This document shows, piece by piece, positions 39,133-49,312 of a DNA stretch of 64,000 nt. The notes beneath the pieces are model-generated. The model worked only from the letters and a program-made list of their open reading frames with translations, searched no databases and was not told the origin of the DNA. The stretch lies in NCBI GenBank assembly GCA_027622005.1, contig JAQBZH010000005.1:19623-83622 (forward strand), read 5' to 3'. The stretch comes from Bacteroidota bacterium. Its GTDB lineage: Bacteria > Bacteroidota > Rhodothermia > Rhodothermales > UBA10348. A program made the position numbers and the translations under genes. Every line of letters starts with the position of its first letter. Position 1 is the stretch's first letter.

Positions 39133-40062
39133 CTATCCTAGGTAAGCTCCGTCACGATTTACGCTTCCCGATTGCGCGATACTACCGACCCCTTGCCCCG
39201 AACAGGCTTTCTTCATCGCTTTAGCTACTTTTGTTGCCGAACTTTTTGATGGACAGACCGCGAACATGGCTGGTCCGGACCCTGAGAGGGCGCATCCCAA
39301 AGCTCCTGCCTGAAGCGCCGCCAGCTTAATGTCGGTATAGGGCCCGATTAATCCGGCCCTGATCGGCTCGACGATCGAGTCTTGCATGATCAATTTCCCG
39401 ATTTGCTCAATCTCCCCTTTGGCAAAAGCAAGACCTAACCGAGCAAGTCGTGATGCCCAAACCGCGCCTTCTCGGAGTGTTATTTGATCCGGAAGCAACT
39501 CGCGAGCTTGTTGGGTGAATACCTCTAATTCGGGTAGAATCACCGCAAAATGCATATCCCTTGGGGTATTTAAACGAATAAAGTCGGAAGGACGATCCGG
39601 ATCCAAAAATATGATTCCGCCCATTAGGCTGGGTACTACGTTATCTCCATGAATCGCTCCTGAAGCGGCCGCTTCTCCAGCTAAACAAGATGGGATCAGT
39701 TCTTGTTTGGTAAAAGGATTTCCTAGCGCCGAGTTCATTGCCATGGCACCTGCCACGGCGCTTGCTGCAGAACTTCCAAGACCGCTACCAGCACCAAGAC
39801 CCTTGCAAATTAAGATGGACGCTCCCTGGTTGTAGCCGAATGCCTGCGCAACATGTTTTGCCGAAACGGAAGCCGTGTTCTTAAGGGGGTCGTTTGTCCC
39901 GACCCAGGCACTTTTAGCGTCGTAATGGACCTCATAAACAGGCTTCCTGGTCAACTTTATAGTCACCTGATCTTCCCATCTGCTTAAAGCAACCCCTACT
40001 GAATCAAAACCAGGACCCAGATTGGAAAGCGACGCTGGAGCGAAAGCCGTAAACGTACTCAT
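39133..40062 (-). CDS. thrB: Homoserine kinase
   Basis: PASLSNLGPGFD, GSGLGSSAAS (GHMP motif), HGDNV, LSGSGP. Confidence 0.94.
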   Translation of the reverse strand: MSTFTAFAPASLSNLGPGFDSVGVALSRWEDQVTIKLTRKPVYEVHYDAKSAWVGTNDPLKNTASVSAKHVAQAFGYNQGASILICKGLGAGSGLGSSAASAVAGAMAMNSALGNPFTKQELIPSCLAGEAAASGAIHGDNVVPSLMGGIIFLDPDRPSDFIRLNTPRDMHFAVILPELEVFTQQARELLPDQITLREGAVWASRLARLGLAFAKGEIEQIGKLIMQDSIVEPIRAGLIGPYTDIKLAALQAGALGCALSGSGPAMFAVCPSKSSATKVAKAMKKACSGQGVGSIAQSGSVNRDGAYLG

Positions 40063-40082
40063 AGGTTCACTCTTTCCAGGTA

Positions 40083-41123
40083 TTAACCAGCGCCGTTTTC
40101 TCTGGCCAAAAATTCCTCTGCGGTTCGAACCATTTCCTCGCTACCGATATAAACCGGAGTCCGCTGGTGCAACTTGTCTGGCACTACCTCCAGGATTCGA
40201 CTTGTTCCTGTAGAAGCTGCTCCGCCGGCCTGCTCGGCGATGTAGGCCAATGGATTAGCCTCATACATCAAACGCAATTTACCCGTTGGGCTTTTATGCG
40301 TGGCAGGATAAATATACAGGCCACCTTTAAGTAGGTTACGGTGAAAATCAGCGACGAATGAGCCAATATAGCGCGTACTAAACGGCCGCCCTTCTTCTCC
40401 ATTCTCTTGCTGCATCCACTTTATATGCTTCTTTAGCCCCCGATCAAAACTTTCATAGTTGCCCTCATTGACCGAATACATGGCTCCATTTTTGGGAGTC
40501 CGAATATTGGGGTGAGACAATAAGAATTCTCCGATAGATGGATCGAGCGTGAATCCGTTGACCCCTTGACCTGTCGTATAGACTAAGATCGTTGAACTTC
40601 CATAGACCACATACCCTGCTGCTATTTGTTTAATTCCGGGCTGCAAAGGAGATTCAAGTGTTGCCTCTTTGACACCTTCTGGCAACCGATAAATGCTAAA
40701 AATGGTACCTACGGAAACGCTTACCTCAATGTTGGATGAACCATCCAGCGGATCGAGCAACACAATGTATTTTCCTTCGCTTTCGTTTGCGGTACGAATG
40801 GGAATGGCTTCAGAATGCTCTTCTGAACCTATCAAACAACATTCGCCACCCCTTCTCAAGGCGCGAACGAACTCTTTGTGCGCCAACAAATCCATTATTT
40901 GTTGAACTTCGCCCTGGACGTTCACTTCGCCCGTATTTCCGAACACGTCTACAATTCCAGCTCGACGCATGTGCCAATTCACCAGCTTCGCCGCTACACT
41001 GATATCACGCAACAATCTGGAAAAAGCACCTGATGAATGATCAAACGTACCCTGCTGCTCAATGATAAATTGTTCTAACGTTTTGAAGGCACCGATTTCT
41101 TCTTGCTGTAGGTCCGAATGCAT
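40083..41123 (-). CDS. fbp: Class 1 fructose-1,6-bisphosphatase
   Basis: NVQGEVQ, SEE, DPLDGSSN, RYIGSFVADFHR, GKLRLMYE. Confidence 0.95.
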   Translation of the reverse strand: MHSDLQQEEIGAFKTLEQFIIEQQGTFDHSSGAFSRLLRDISVAAKLVNWHMRRAGIVDVFGNTGEVNVQGEVQQIMDLLAHKEFVRALRRGGECCLIGSEEHSEAIPIRTANESEGKYIVLLDPLDGSSNIEVSVSVGTIFSIYRLPEGVKEATLESPLQPGIKQIAAGYVVYGSSTILVYTTGQGVNGFTLDPSIGEFLLSHPNIRTPKNGAMYSVNEGNYESFDRGLKKHIKWMQQENGEEGRPFSTRYIGSFVADFHRNLLKGGLYIYPATHKSPTGKLRLMYEANPLAYIAEQAGGAASTGTSRILEVVPDKLHQRTPVYIGSEEMVRTAEEFLARENGAG

Positions 41124-41271
41124 AGATGTCTAAATGGTCGCTTAGCCGTAAGAGGAATTTGATCGATGCCAAGATATTCCCTTCTGTGAGGGCTTCCAAC
41201 CCCAGATCTTGTCATTTCACGGAAAAGCGGAATAAACTGAAGGGAATTGATCGAGCTCGAAGTTTCTCAGA

Positions 41272-42441
41272 CTACGCTTTAACTTTGAGCATTCGGTCAA
41301 CGGTTTGGCCGATTCGGACCACAGCCTCTTCGATTTCTATTAGCGTAGTGCGACTGCAAATGGAAACTCGAATGGCTCCTTTTGCCACTTTTTCGCTCAT
41401 TCCAAGCGTCGTCAGCACTTTACTCGCTTTCAAGGTCCCCGACGAACACGCTGAGCCGGCAGAGACAAAGACGCCATTCATATCCAAACCCAAAATGAGC
41501 ATCTCCCCATCAAGGCCCTCTCCGTCCTCATCTAGACAAACAAAATTGATGATATGGGGTGAAGACAAGGAGCCCAAGGGCGAGTTGAATCGAATGTTAT
41601 CAGGAAGTAGCTGTGTTAAACCATCCACTAAGACAGAGCGGAGGACTTGCATTTTAGAGGTGGCTTCCGCCCTTTCCTGAACCGTTCGTTCTAACGCGCG
41701 CGTAAAACCAACAATGGCTGCCACGTTTTCCGTTCCAGCCCGCCTTTCTTGTTCTTGACTTCCCCCTGCCAAATACGATGTAAATGGGGTACCTGCCTTA
41801 ATCATCAACACTCCCACGCCTTTAGGGCCACCCATTTTGTGCCCAGAAAGCGTCATGAAGTCCACAAAAGGTGTCAATTCCGCCAAATTTAGAACTCCAG
41901 CAGCTTGAACTGCATCTGTGTGAAACAGATAATCCCGTGCTTTAAGAACCGTCGAAAGCTCTGCAATAGGATTAAACGTACCCAGTTCATTATTTACGGC
42001 CATGAAGCTAGCCAGCGGAGTTAGCTCCGAATGACGGCTGTGGTTCCGGAGAATTTTTTCAACCTCAGCTACTGAAATCGCGCCCGTTGATTCTGGAGTC
42101 GCAAGCAAGACGGGGATTGATCCGGGCAATCTTTTGACGCATTCCCGTACTGATTCGTGTTCTATTGGACTCGTGAGCACGCTGGAAGCCGGCTGATGAA
42201 AGACGGCGTTGTTTGATTCGCTTCCTCCCGAAGTAAATACGATTTCTCCAGGACCTACCCCCAGTAATTCAGCTACCTCCCCCCTGCACTTTTCTACCTG
42301 GTGACGAGCCTTTCTTCCCGGACCATATACGGCCGAAGGATTGCCATATTCGGATGTCAAATAGGGCATCATAGCGTCGAGTACCTCTGGCCACATGGGA
42401 GAGGTCGCAGCATGGTCTAAATAGACAGGCTCATAGCGCAT
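41272..42441 (-). CDS. Cysteine desulfurase (IscS/NifS type)
   Basis: YLDHAATSP, FTSGGSESNN, HTDAVQ, SGHKMGGPKG, SAGSACSSG. Confidence 0.93.
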   Translation of the reverse strand: MRYEPVYLDHAATSPMWPEVLDAMMPYLTSEYGNPSAVYGPGRKARHQVEKCRGEVAELLGVGPGEIVFTSGGSESNNAVFHQPASSVLTSPIEHESVRECVKRLPGSIPVLLATPESTGAISVAEVEKILRNHSRHSELTPLASFMAVNNELGTFNPIAELSTVLKARDYLFHTDAVQAAGVLNLAELTPFVDFMTLSGHKMGGPKGVGVLMIKAGTPFTSYLAGGSQEQERRAGTENVAAIVGFTRALERTVQERAEATSKMQVLRSVLVDGLTQLLPDNIRFNSPLGSLSSPHIINFVCLDEDGEGLDGEMLILGLDMNGVFVSAGSACSSGTLKASKVLTTLGMSEKVAKGAIRVSICSRTTLIEIEEAVVRIGQTVDRMLKVKA

Positions 42442-42571
42442 TAATGCTCGATCGACTAATTGGAGAATATTCTGATTTTGTTGAGCGTTTAACCAAACGC
42501 CGAAGCGGTTTGCCTGATCCTTTCCTACCTTAAGGCCGGCACAATTCTGCTAATCATTTAATTATTTGGGA

Positions 42572-43870
42572 ATGGACAAGCTCGTCGTTCGCGGAGGTCA
42601 GCCGTTAATCGGTGATTTACACGTGAGTGGTTCTAAAAACACCGCATTGCCGCTGATGGCTATTGGTCTTTTGACAGACGGACCGGTGACCATCAACCAT
42701 ATCCCGGATTTGAAGGATATATCAACCTTCAGAAAAGTAATCGAAGTGACCGGAACAACTGTTATAGGCAGTCCCGAAGAGCACCGTTTGGTTATCAATG
42801 CTGCGAGTTTAGACCGGCCTGAAGCGCCCTACGAGCTAGTAAAGCGAATGAGGGCGTCTTTTTACATGCTCGGCGCGCTACTTGGAAGGACCGGCCAAGC
42901 ACGTGTTTCACTTCCAGGAGGATGTGACTGGGGCCCTAGACCCGTTGATTTGCATATTGAGGGGATGAAATCGTTGGGCGCTACGGTTGAGCTGGACGCC
43001 GGATATGTCGTTGCCCGTGCCAACGGCGGACGACTTTCAGGTGGTCGAGTAAGGTTTGAACCCTCTTCAGTTGGTGCCACAATCAATGTCCTTTTGGGAG
43101 CCGTTCTCGCTAAGGGAGAGTCCGTCTTAGAAAACGCTGCTATTGAGCCCGATGTGGTAGAGTGTTGCCAGATGCTGCGGCTGATGGGAGCACAGATAGA
43201 TGGTATTGGAACTCGCACCCTGCACGTACAGGGCGTAGATCGATTGGAGCCCGTTACCTATACAAATTGCCCAGATCGCATTGAATTGGGTACTTTTATG
43301 ATCGCAGCGGCCATTTCAGGAGTGCCAGGAAAGCCGATCACCATCCATCATGCGAATCCAGAGCATCTCGGGACAGCGTTTTTAGAATCGTTTACGAGAA
43401 CCGGTGCTGGATTAATCATTAATGGAGATAAGATTCAGGTAACCGCACCAGAAGAATTGCGGCCTGTTAGTATCCGCACGGATGTGTATCCAGGCTTTCC
43501 AACCGACCTTCAGGCGCAATGGACGGTGCTTCTTGCCAAAGCAGTCGGGAATTCTAAAGTCCACGAAACGATCTATCCAGACCGTTTTAAGCACATTCCG
43601 GAGCTCCACCGCATGGGCGTGAATGCTATTGTGGTTGGAGATGAAGCCGTTATTGAAGGTGGAAAGCGAATTCAAGGCACGTCAGTGATGAGTACTGACC
43701 TTCGCGCCAGTGTGTCTCTCGTTCTGGCTGGCATGATAGCAGAAGGGGAAACTCAAGTTTTAAGGGTCTATCACCTGGACCGTGGATATGAGCGAGTAGA
43801 AGAAAAGTTAGCGAACGCTGGAATTGATATAAAACGGGTTCGATACGATGAGTGGGCTGATCCTGATTAA
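42572..43870 (+). CDS. murA: UDP-N-acetylglucosamine 1-carboxyvinyltransferase
   Basis: SGSKN, MRASF, LPGGCDWGPRPVDLH, SVGAT, YPGFPTDLQAQ, DLRAS, HLDRGYE. Confidence 0.96.
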   Translation: MDKLVVRGGQPLIGDLHVSGSKNTALPLMAIGLLTDGPVTINHIPDLKDISTFRKVIEVTGTTVIGSPEEHRLVINAASLDRPEAPYELVKRMRASFYMLGALLGRTGQARVSLPGGCDWGPRPVDLHIEGMKSLGATVELDAGYVVARANGGRLSGGRVRFEPSSVGATINVLLGAVLAKGESVLENAAIEPDVVECCQMLRLMGAQIDGIGTRTLHVQGVDRLEPVTYTNCPDRIELGTFMIAAAISGVPGKPITIHHANPEHLGTAFLESFTRTGAGLIINGDKIQVTAPEELRPVSIRTDVYPGFPTDLQAQWTVLLAKAVGNSKVHETIYPDRFKHIPELHRMGVNAIVVGDEAVIEGGKRIQGTSVMSTDLRASVSLVLAGMIAEGETQVLRVYHLDRGYERVEEKLANAGIDIKRVRYDEWADPD

Positions 43871-43898
43871 GTTCTGAATTGGCCGTCGGGATAAGGAC

Positions 43899-46800
43899 TT
43901 AAAATCGCGCGGTAAATTGAACCCGCCCGGTATGAATGGTCTCACTCTTATTTGGAGCCCGGCCATCATACCCAAAAGTAGCCGTCAGCACATCCGTCAG
44001 GCGTGCGTTAAAGGTTAGGCCCCAAAGCCAGGAGGCCCCTGCGCCGCGTCCTTCCGTCAGGTGAAAGGTTTGAAGTCCTTTCGAGGTCCCTGTTATCCGT
44101 ACGTTTGCCATTTCTATGCGAGCTCTGGCCGTCCATTTTGCGCCATTTTGATATTGAATAGTCCATGGTATTTGAACGGCAAACGCTTTCGTTCCTTCAT
44201 TTCTCTCTCTTCGATTGGCCAGTTCGGCTCCAAGGATGATGGACCATTCACGTTTTGGTCGAAAAGAAAGGCTTGGACTAAACTCTAAGCCTTCGATATC
44301 ATAGTTTCTAGACGCAAAACCGGCTTTTGAATAATCGATACGACGAGCTATTCGGCCGGTAAGCACCCATTCAGGTCTTGGGCGAAATACAAACTGCGCA
44401 TCCACTTCACTTGTTTTGGTCCGTTGTTCGCCCGAAGCCAAATCGGTGTAAGCCCATATTTCCGAACCAGACACGTCCAAATCAAAACGAGTATTAGAAG
44501 GCAAAAAGCGAATCTCCTGCCCCGCTCGCAACCTCCCGTTGACCGTAAAATCCCTGGAACGAAAAGTATCTAGTTGCAAAAAATAAACGTTGCTTCTGTC
44601 CGGATCACGGGTCTTTTCCAAAACCTCTACCACCGAGCTTAAACCAATACGAGACAAGCGATTACCTGACCCTCCTCCCGCTCTGCTGAAACGTGCATTG
44701 GCCGTTAAAGAAGTGACAAATTCCAGGGAATCGGAGGGGAAATAGGTCACAGAATATTCTCCTTCGTTAGGCGTGGTCTCCGGAATAAATTCTTCGATCT
44801 GAATCACACCATCGTCATTTAAATCCTCCCACACATACTCACCACGCTCTTGTCCGGTCCGAATGTAGATTTCCTGTAACCGCGAAGTCTGTTCTGATTG
44901 AACCTGATAGAGCCAGGACAATCGATTTTGGGCACTCATTTGCCAGTCCCCGTCAGTTCCCAACAATAACGCCGTCTGATTGGGAGAGGAATTCGCAAAT
45001 CGACCCGAATTTTGCCGCGCTCGCCGTAAGCCCACGCTAGCACTCGCTCTCAAGTCAGCGTCTTTTTGAAATGCCCATTTGGATTGAAGGGTTTGAATCG
45101 AATTTTCTCTCGCGGCCTCTTCTTCATTCTCGAATCGCTGTTCAAAAAACAGGGTTACTCGGTTGTTCGCTCGCCCAAGTTGGCTTCCTAATCTTATTTC
45201 GTCAAAATCGAGCCTCAAACGGGGTTCGGTCAACTCCATTTGGTCCCCCGAAAACCGTTCGGATTCCCACTCCAGATAGGTAGAAATAAGCGAACCCAAT
45301 CGCCCCTTCAATACTTTGGAGACGATATTATGCCAGTCGCCGCGTGCCGATAACCGGTTATTTTCACTCGATACCTGACGAGCATTCACCCGAAATTCAG
45401 GCCATTTCTTTTCGGATACGAGCAGTGACAAGCGCTTTCGACTCGCGCTAAGTACGTTTCCCAGCGATAAAACGTCGTATCCCAAACTGAGCTTACTGGA
45501 ATCGACTCTAATAATTGCTAACTCTGCTCCATATTCGCTTTCGGAAGTGCCAATTAACACGCTTTGAAGTGGGTCTAAATTGGTGGAAGACAAATTCCAA
45601 TCCCGTTCAAACTCAATACTTCGGGTCCGGTCAAACGTAGAAAAGTTGGCACTTCGCCGAGTAAAATCGGCCTTACCGACTGCCGAATAATTCCCAAACG
45701 CAACGGAAGTGGACGCAAACCGAAATGATGAGGCCGTTCCTTCGTCGTCCGCCGAGTCTATGGAGGACAATGTGTTATAGTCATTTCGTGAAGTAGCCCA
45801 TTCGGCTCTGAACTCGCCAAACGGGAGTGCTTTTGATTGCAAACGAAGGTCAAGTATTTCCTTTGAGCTTGGCGGAGTAAGAGGACGAACTGCGTCATAC
45901 TCTCCGAGCCCCAATCCCACATAAGTGTAGACGATGCCGTTGGTCTTCGAAATGCTCGAACTAGACCCCAAACGCTTGTATGAGCCTTTTCCCTCCCCAA
46001 TGCGGGTAAAAGTCACCCGATATACCTTTTCATCATTTTCGGGTGTTCTCTCCACGGGGACAAAGGCCAATTGACCGTCAAAACCGGTTGATAAGAAATA
46101 CTGGACGTAAAACGCTTCCGTGTCAAAAATTACCTCGGTAGCACCTGTTGCAAAGATAATCTGATCCCCTGCCCCCCTTATAATCAACGAATCCTGTGAA
46201 GTGAAACCCAGTTCTTCGGCGAAACTATCTCCGTCAGCTTCGCGGATGGCCGAGACTCCGAAGTTGAAGTTGGATTTCTCCTTTCGACCTCCAATCGTAG
46301 CAGACGCCTCGGCAGCAAGAAAACTGCGGGAGAATTGGTTGGTTGTATACTCAAATTCAACACGGACGCGGTCATTTGGAGCAATCAATCTGGTCGGCAT
46401 GAAGGTGATCTCAGCCGTAGTGTAGTCAACGATATAATCCGAAGCGATGCCGCGTTCTAACAACTGTCCGTCAACGTAGACCCGCTCGGTGCCCGGTAAA
46501 ACCAATATAAATCGTTCAGAAGTCTCGCCTTCGAGGCGATAGGGTCCCTGAACTCCTTCTATTATGGTAACAAATTGTGATCTGAATTTGCCTTTGGAAG
46601 TCGCTCCTGAAACCTGAAAGGAGGTTTTTGGGACCAACAGCGAGGAAAACGAAACTGCATTGGATAAGACGTTGACTCCTTGAACTCGTCGTTTAACCCG
46701 GCTGAACTCTCCCTCCTGCATCGAGACATCGAGATCGCCAAGTGCAATTTTTCCTTTAGGGGAAGCAAATTCGATAAAAATCTGATCGAATTGTTCGAGT

Positions 46801-47513
46801 TTGCTGGTCGTTCCTTCGGGAAGAATGGGTGTGTCTTCATCTGTCAAAACGGCCCGTACGGAAATACTGTCAGTTATCTCCCCCTCAACTTCCAAACGAA
46901 GACCAGACTCAACCGAGGCATCGCGACCCGTTCCCGAAAGAACGCCCCGGGTAATAGATCCGCTGCTTTGAAGTCTACTCAGCGGATTGGGGGCGGCACT
47001 TTTACCTGGATCTGATTTATTTTCCGATGGGTCTACCATTTCCCACAAATGGTATTCGGATTGAAGCTCGACTGGTACGAATTGATAACTCGCTACAAAA
47101 ACGAATGCCGAATCGGGATGAACGTTCGAAAAAGTGACAAATCCCTGAGCAAAATCGAGTGAGTATTCTTCAGGGGGAACCACGCTTCCCCTGACCCGGA
47201 TTTGTAACGTTTCTGCGATGATATAAGGCCGAACTAGGAACGGCCCGCTTCCTGTTACCACCAGCGTATCAATGGCCGAGGGCAAAGGCCACTTCTTCGA
47301 TTCAAATTCGGATTCTTTTGGTTTGATATCCTGTGCTTTGACCCACGGCGCCAACCCTAGGCTAAGGGTCAATAGAAGTACAAAATGGCAGGCGCAAGCG
47401 AGCCAAAAGCGACTAATACGCCTCCGAGAAAAGCGATTTTCGAGGTTGTTGCAATTGGATTGACTCAACGAAGCGCGGCCTTTTTCCCACGGATTGGATA
47501 ATGGTATGGGCAC
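43899..47513 (-). CDS. Large uncharacterised outer-membrane beta-barrel-like protein
   Basis: About 1200 aa; signal-peptide-like segment ending VKA-QD, extensive alternating beta-strand pattern, C-terminal GRVQFTARF. Start uncertain. Confidence 0.7.
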   Translation of the reverse strand: MPIPLSNPWEKGRASLSQSNCNNLENRFSRRRISRFWLACACHFVLLLTLSLGLAPWVKAQDIKPKESEFESKKWPLPSAIDTLVVTGSGPFLVRPYIIAETLQIRVRGSVVPPEEYSLDFAQGFVTFSNVHPDSAFVFVASYQFVPVELQSEYHLWEMVDPSENKSDPGKSAAPNPLSRLQSSGSITRGVLSGTGRDASVESGLRLEVEGEITDSISVRAVLTDEDTPILPEGTTSKLEQFDQIFIEFASPKGKIALGDLDVSMQEGEFSRVKRRVQGVNVLSNAVSFSSLLVPKTSFQVSGATSKGKFRSQFVTIIEGVQGPYRLEGETSERFILVLPGTERVYVDGQLLERGIASDYIVDYTTAEITFMPTRLIAPNDRVRVEFEYTTNQFSRSFLAAEASATIGGRKEKSNFNFGVSAIREADGDSFAEELGFTSQDSLIIRGAGDQIIFATGATEVIFDTEAFYVQYFLSTGFDGQLAFVPVERTPENDEKVYRVTFTRIGEGKGSYKRLGSSSSISKTNGIVYTYVGLGLGEYDAVRPLTPPSSKEILDLRLQSKALPFGEFRAEWATSRNDYNTLSSIDSADDEGTASSFRFASTSVAFGNYSAVGKADFTRRSANFSTFDRTRSIEFERDWNLSSTNLDPLQSVLIGTSESEYGAELAIIRVDSSKLSLGYDVLSLGNVLSASRKRLSLLVSEKKWPEFRVNARQVSSENNRLSARGDWHNIVSKVLKGRLGSLISTYLEWESERFSGDQMELTEPRLRLDFDEIRLGSQLGRANNRVTLFFEQRFENEEEAARENSIQTLQSKWAFQKDADLRASASVGLRRARQNSGRFANSSPNQTALLLGTDGDWQMSAQNRLSWLYQVQSEQTSRLQEIYIRTGQERGEYVWEDLNDDGVIQIEEFIPETTPNEGEYSVTYFPSDSLEFVTSLTANARFSRAGGGSGNRLSRIGLSSVVEVLEKTRDPDRSNVYFLQLDTFRSRDFTVNGRLRAGQEIRFLPSNTRFDLDVSGSEIWAYTDLASGEQRTKTSEVDAQFVFRPRPEWVLTGRIARRIDYSKAGFASRNYDIEGLEFSPSLSFRPKREWSIILGAELANRRERNEGTKAFAVQIPWTIQYQNGAKWTARARIEMANVRITGTSKGLQTFHLTEGRGAGASWLWGLTFNARLTDVLTATFGYDGRAPNKSETIHTGRVQFTARF

Positions 47514-47623
47514 TACCCCTCAAAGTAGATCACTGTTTCCTTTTCTCCATCATCTTCTGCGAATGCTTGATGCCTCAGTCCCCCAACGCTACATTTGGTC
47601 ATAATTTATCGAACCCCATTAGT

Positions 47624-49012
47624 ATGTCAGCATTAGGAACCGAGCAAAATCCTTGGCGCATCGCCATAATTGGAGCAGGACCTGCCGGCTTTTACGCGGC
47701 TGAGCACTTTTTTAAACAACTCGATTGCATCGCACACGTTGATGTTTTTGATCGGTTACCGACCCCTCACGGCTTGGTCCGCTCGGGCGTAGCCCCCGAC
47801 CACGAAAAAATAAAAACCGTGACGCGCGTGTTTGATAAGACCGCTAGCAACCCGCGCTTTCGTTTTTTTGGCAATGTCGAATTTGGAAAGCATCTTCAAC
47901 TCGCCGATCTCCAAAAGTATTACCATCAGATCTACTTTTCCACGGGTTCGTTAGTAGATCGAAAATTGGATATACCCGGTGAAGATCTCCCCAGAAGTCA
48001 TTCGGCTACCGAATTTGTAGCTTGGTACAATGGACACCCTGACTTCCGACATTTGTCTTTTGATTTGTCCCAGGAACGCGTGGCCGTAGTTGGGGTCGGT
48101 AATGTGGCCGTTGATGTGGCGCGTATTCTTTGTAAAACGGTCGATGAATTAAAGACTACAGACATCGCAGACTACGCGCTGGAAGCTCTTGCTAACAGCA
48201 AAGTTAAAGATGTCATTCTGATGGGTCGTCGTGGACCCTCTCAAGCCGCATTTTCTCTCAAGGAAATCAAGGAGATGGGCGAGCTGGAAAATGCCTCGTC
48301 CGTTACTTTGCCGGAAGAAATGGCTCTAGACGAATACAGCGCGAAAGCACTTGAAGAGAACCCGGACCGGATGACTGAAAAAACCATCGAAGTCCTAAAG
48401 GAAATGATTGGCGGCTCAAAGCCCGGAGCTTCCCGCACTTGTCACATCCGTTTTTTGGTTTCACCTACGGCATTGCACCCCGGAGAGGACGGTGGGGTCA
48501 GTTCCATGAGTGTGGTTAGAAATAAAATTGAGCGGTCGGCGTCGGGCCGCCTATCATCCTCCATGACGGATGAAAAGTTCGAATGGCCTGTTGGATTGGT
48601 CTTTAGAAGTGTCGGTTACCGCGGCGAAGCGCTACCGGGTATTCCTTTTCGGGAGGATTGGGGTGTTATTCGCAATGAAAATGGCAGGGTGATCTCAGAA
48701 TCCGGTGATCCCTTACTTGGTTGCTATACTGGAGGATGGATTAAAAGAGGACCTTCAGGGGTGATAGGGACCAATAAGCCGGACGCTGTCGAATCTGTTT
48801 CCTGTATGTTGCAGGATCTAGCGGCCGGCAAGCACTTTTCGCCCACTGAAAGTGATATTCAATCCCTAATCAAAAGTCGTCAGCCAGCCTCTTTTTCCTA
48901 TGCAGATTGGCTAGAACTGGATCGGATTGAATCGGAAAAAGGTGAAGCAACAGGGCGGCCCCGAATTAAATTCACTTCGAGTGAGGAAATGTCAGCGGCG
49001 CTTGGAAAGTAA
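47624..49012 (+). CDS. Ferredoxin--NADP reductase (FprA/adrenodoxin reductase type)
   Basis: IIGAGPAGFY, GLVRSGVAPDH, FVAWYNGHPD, GVGNVAVDVAR, GRRGP, GWIKRGPSGVIG. ATG at 47624. Confidence 0.92.
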   Translation: MSALGTEQNPWRIAIIGAGPAGFYAAEHFFKQLDCIAHVDVFDRLPTPHGLVRSGVAPDHEKIKTVTRVFDKTASNPRFRFFGNVEFGKHLQLADLQKYYHQIYFSTGSLVDRKLDIPGEDLPRSHSATEFVAWYNGHPDFRHLSFDLSQERVAVVGVGNVAVDVARILCKTVDELKTTDIADYALEALANSKVKDVILMGRRGPSQAAFSLKEIKEMGELENASSVTLPEEMALDEYSAKALEENPDRMTEKTIEVLKEMIGGSKPGASRTCHIRFLVSPTALHPGEDGGVSSMSVVRNKIERSASGRLSSSMTDEKFEWPVGLVFRSVGYRGEALPGIPFREDWGVIRNENGRVISESGDPLLGCYTGGWIKRGPSGVIGTNKPDAVESVSCMLQDLAAGKHFSPTESDIQSLIKSRQPASFSYADWLELDRIESEKGEATGRPRIKFTSSEEMSAALGK

Positions 49013-49082
49013 GCACTTAAGCAACTAGGTACCCGGGCTAGCAAGTACGTAGACTGGGGTCTTGACGGTGCCTTCCGCCAAA

Positions 49083-49304
49083 TTAAGCGGCTTTCACCTC
49101 GGTGACGGGGTATCCCTCTTCTTCCAGTTTGGCTTTCACTTCTGTTTCAATTTTCGCAAAATCTGAGGCTTCCACGACAGCCCTGCCAATTTCAACCGAA
49201 GCGACTTCGAGATCAATGATAGATTCCAAGGTTTCTCGGACACTTTTTACGCAGTGTCCGCAGTTCATTCCTTGAAGGATTAATTCGTGTTTCATTGGTT
49301 TCAT
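49083..49304 (-). CDS. copZ: Copper chaperone (HMA domain)
   Basis: GMNCGHC motif and C-terminal EEGY; starts just after the copA stop. Confidence 0.88.
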   Translation of the reverse strand: MKPMKHELILQGMNCGHCVKSVRETLESIIDLEVASVEIGRAVVEASDFAKIETEVKAKLEEEGYPVTEVKAA

Positions 49305-49312
49305 AGAGCGTC

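Noticed and set aside
41124-41271. Short direct (TTGATCGA) and inverted (ATTCCCTTC/GAAGGGAAT) repeats upstream of fbp
   Set aside because: Too short to distinguish from chance, and no match to an RNA family I recognise.
41126-41680. 184-aa plus-strand ORF, and other long antisense ORFs such as 9822-10370 and 5012-5503
   Set aside because: They lie opposite well-supported genes and show no recognisable motifs.
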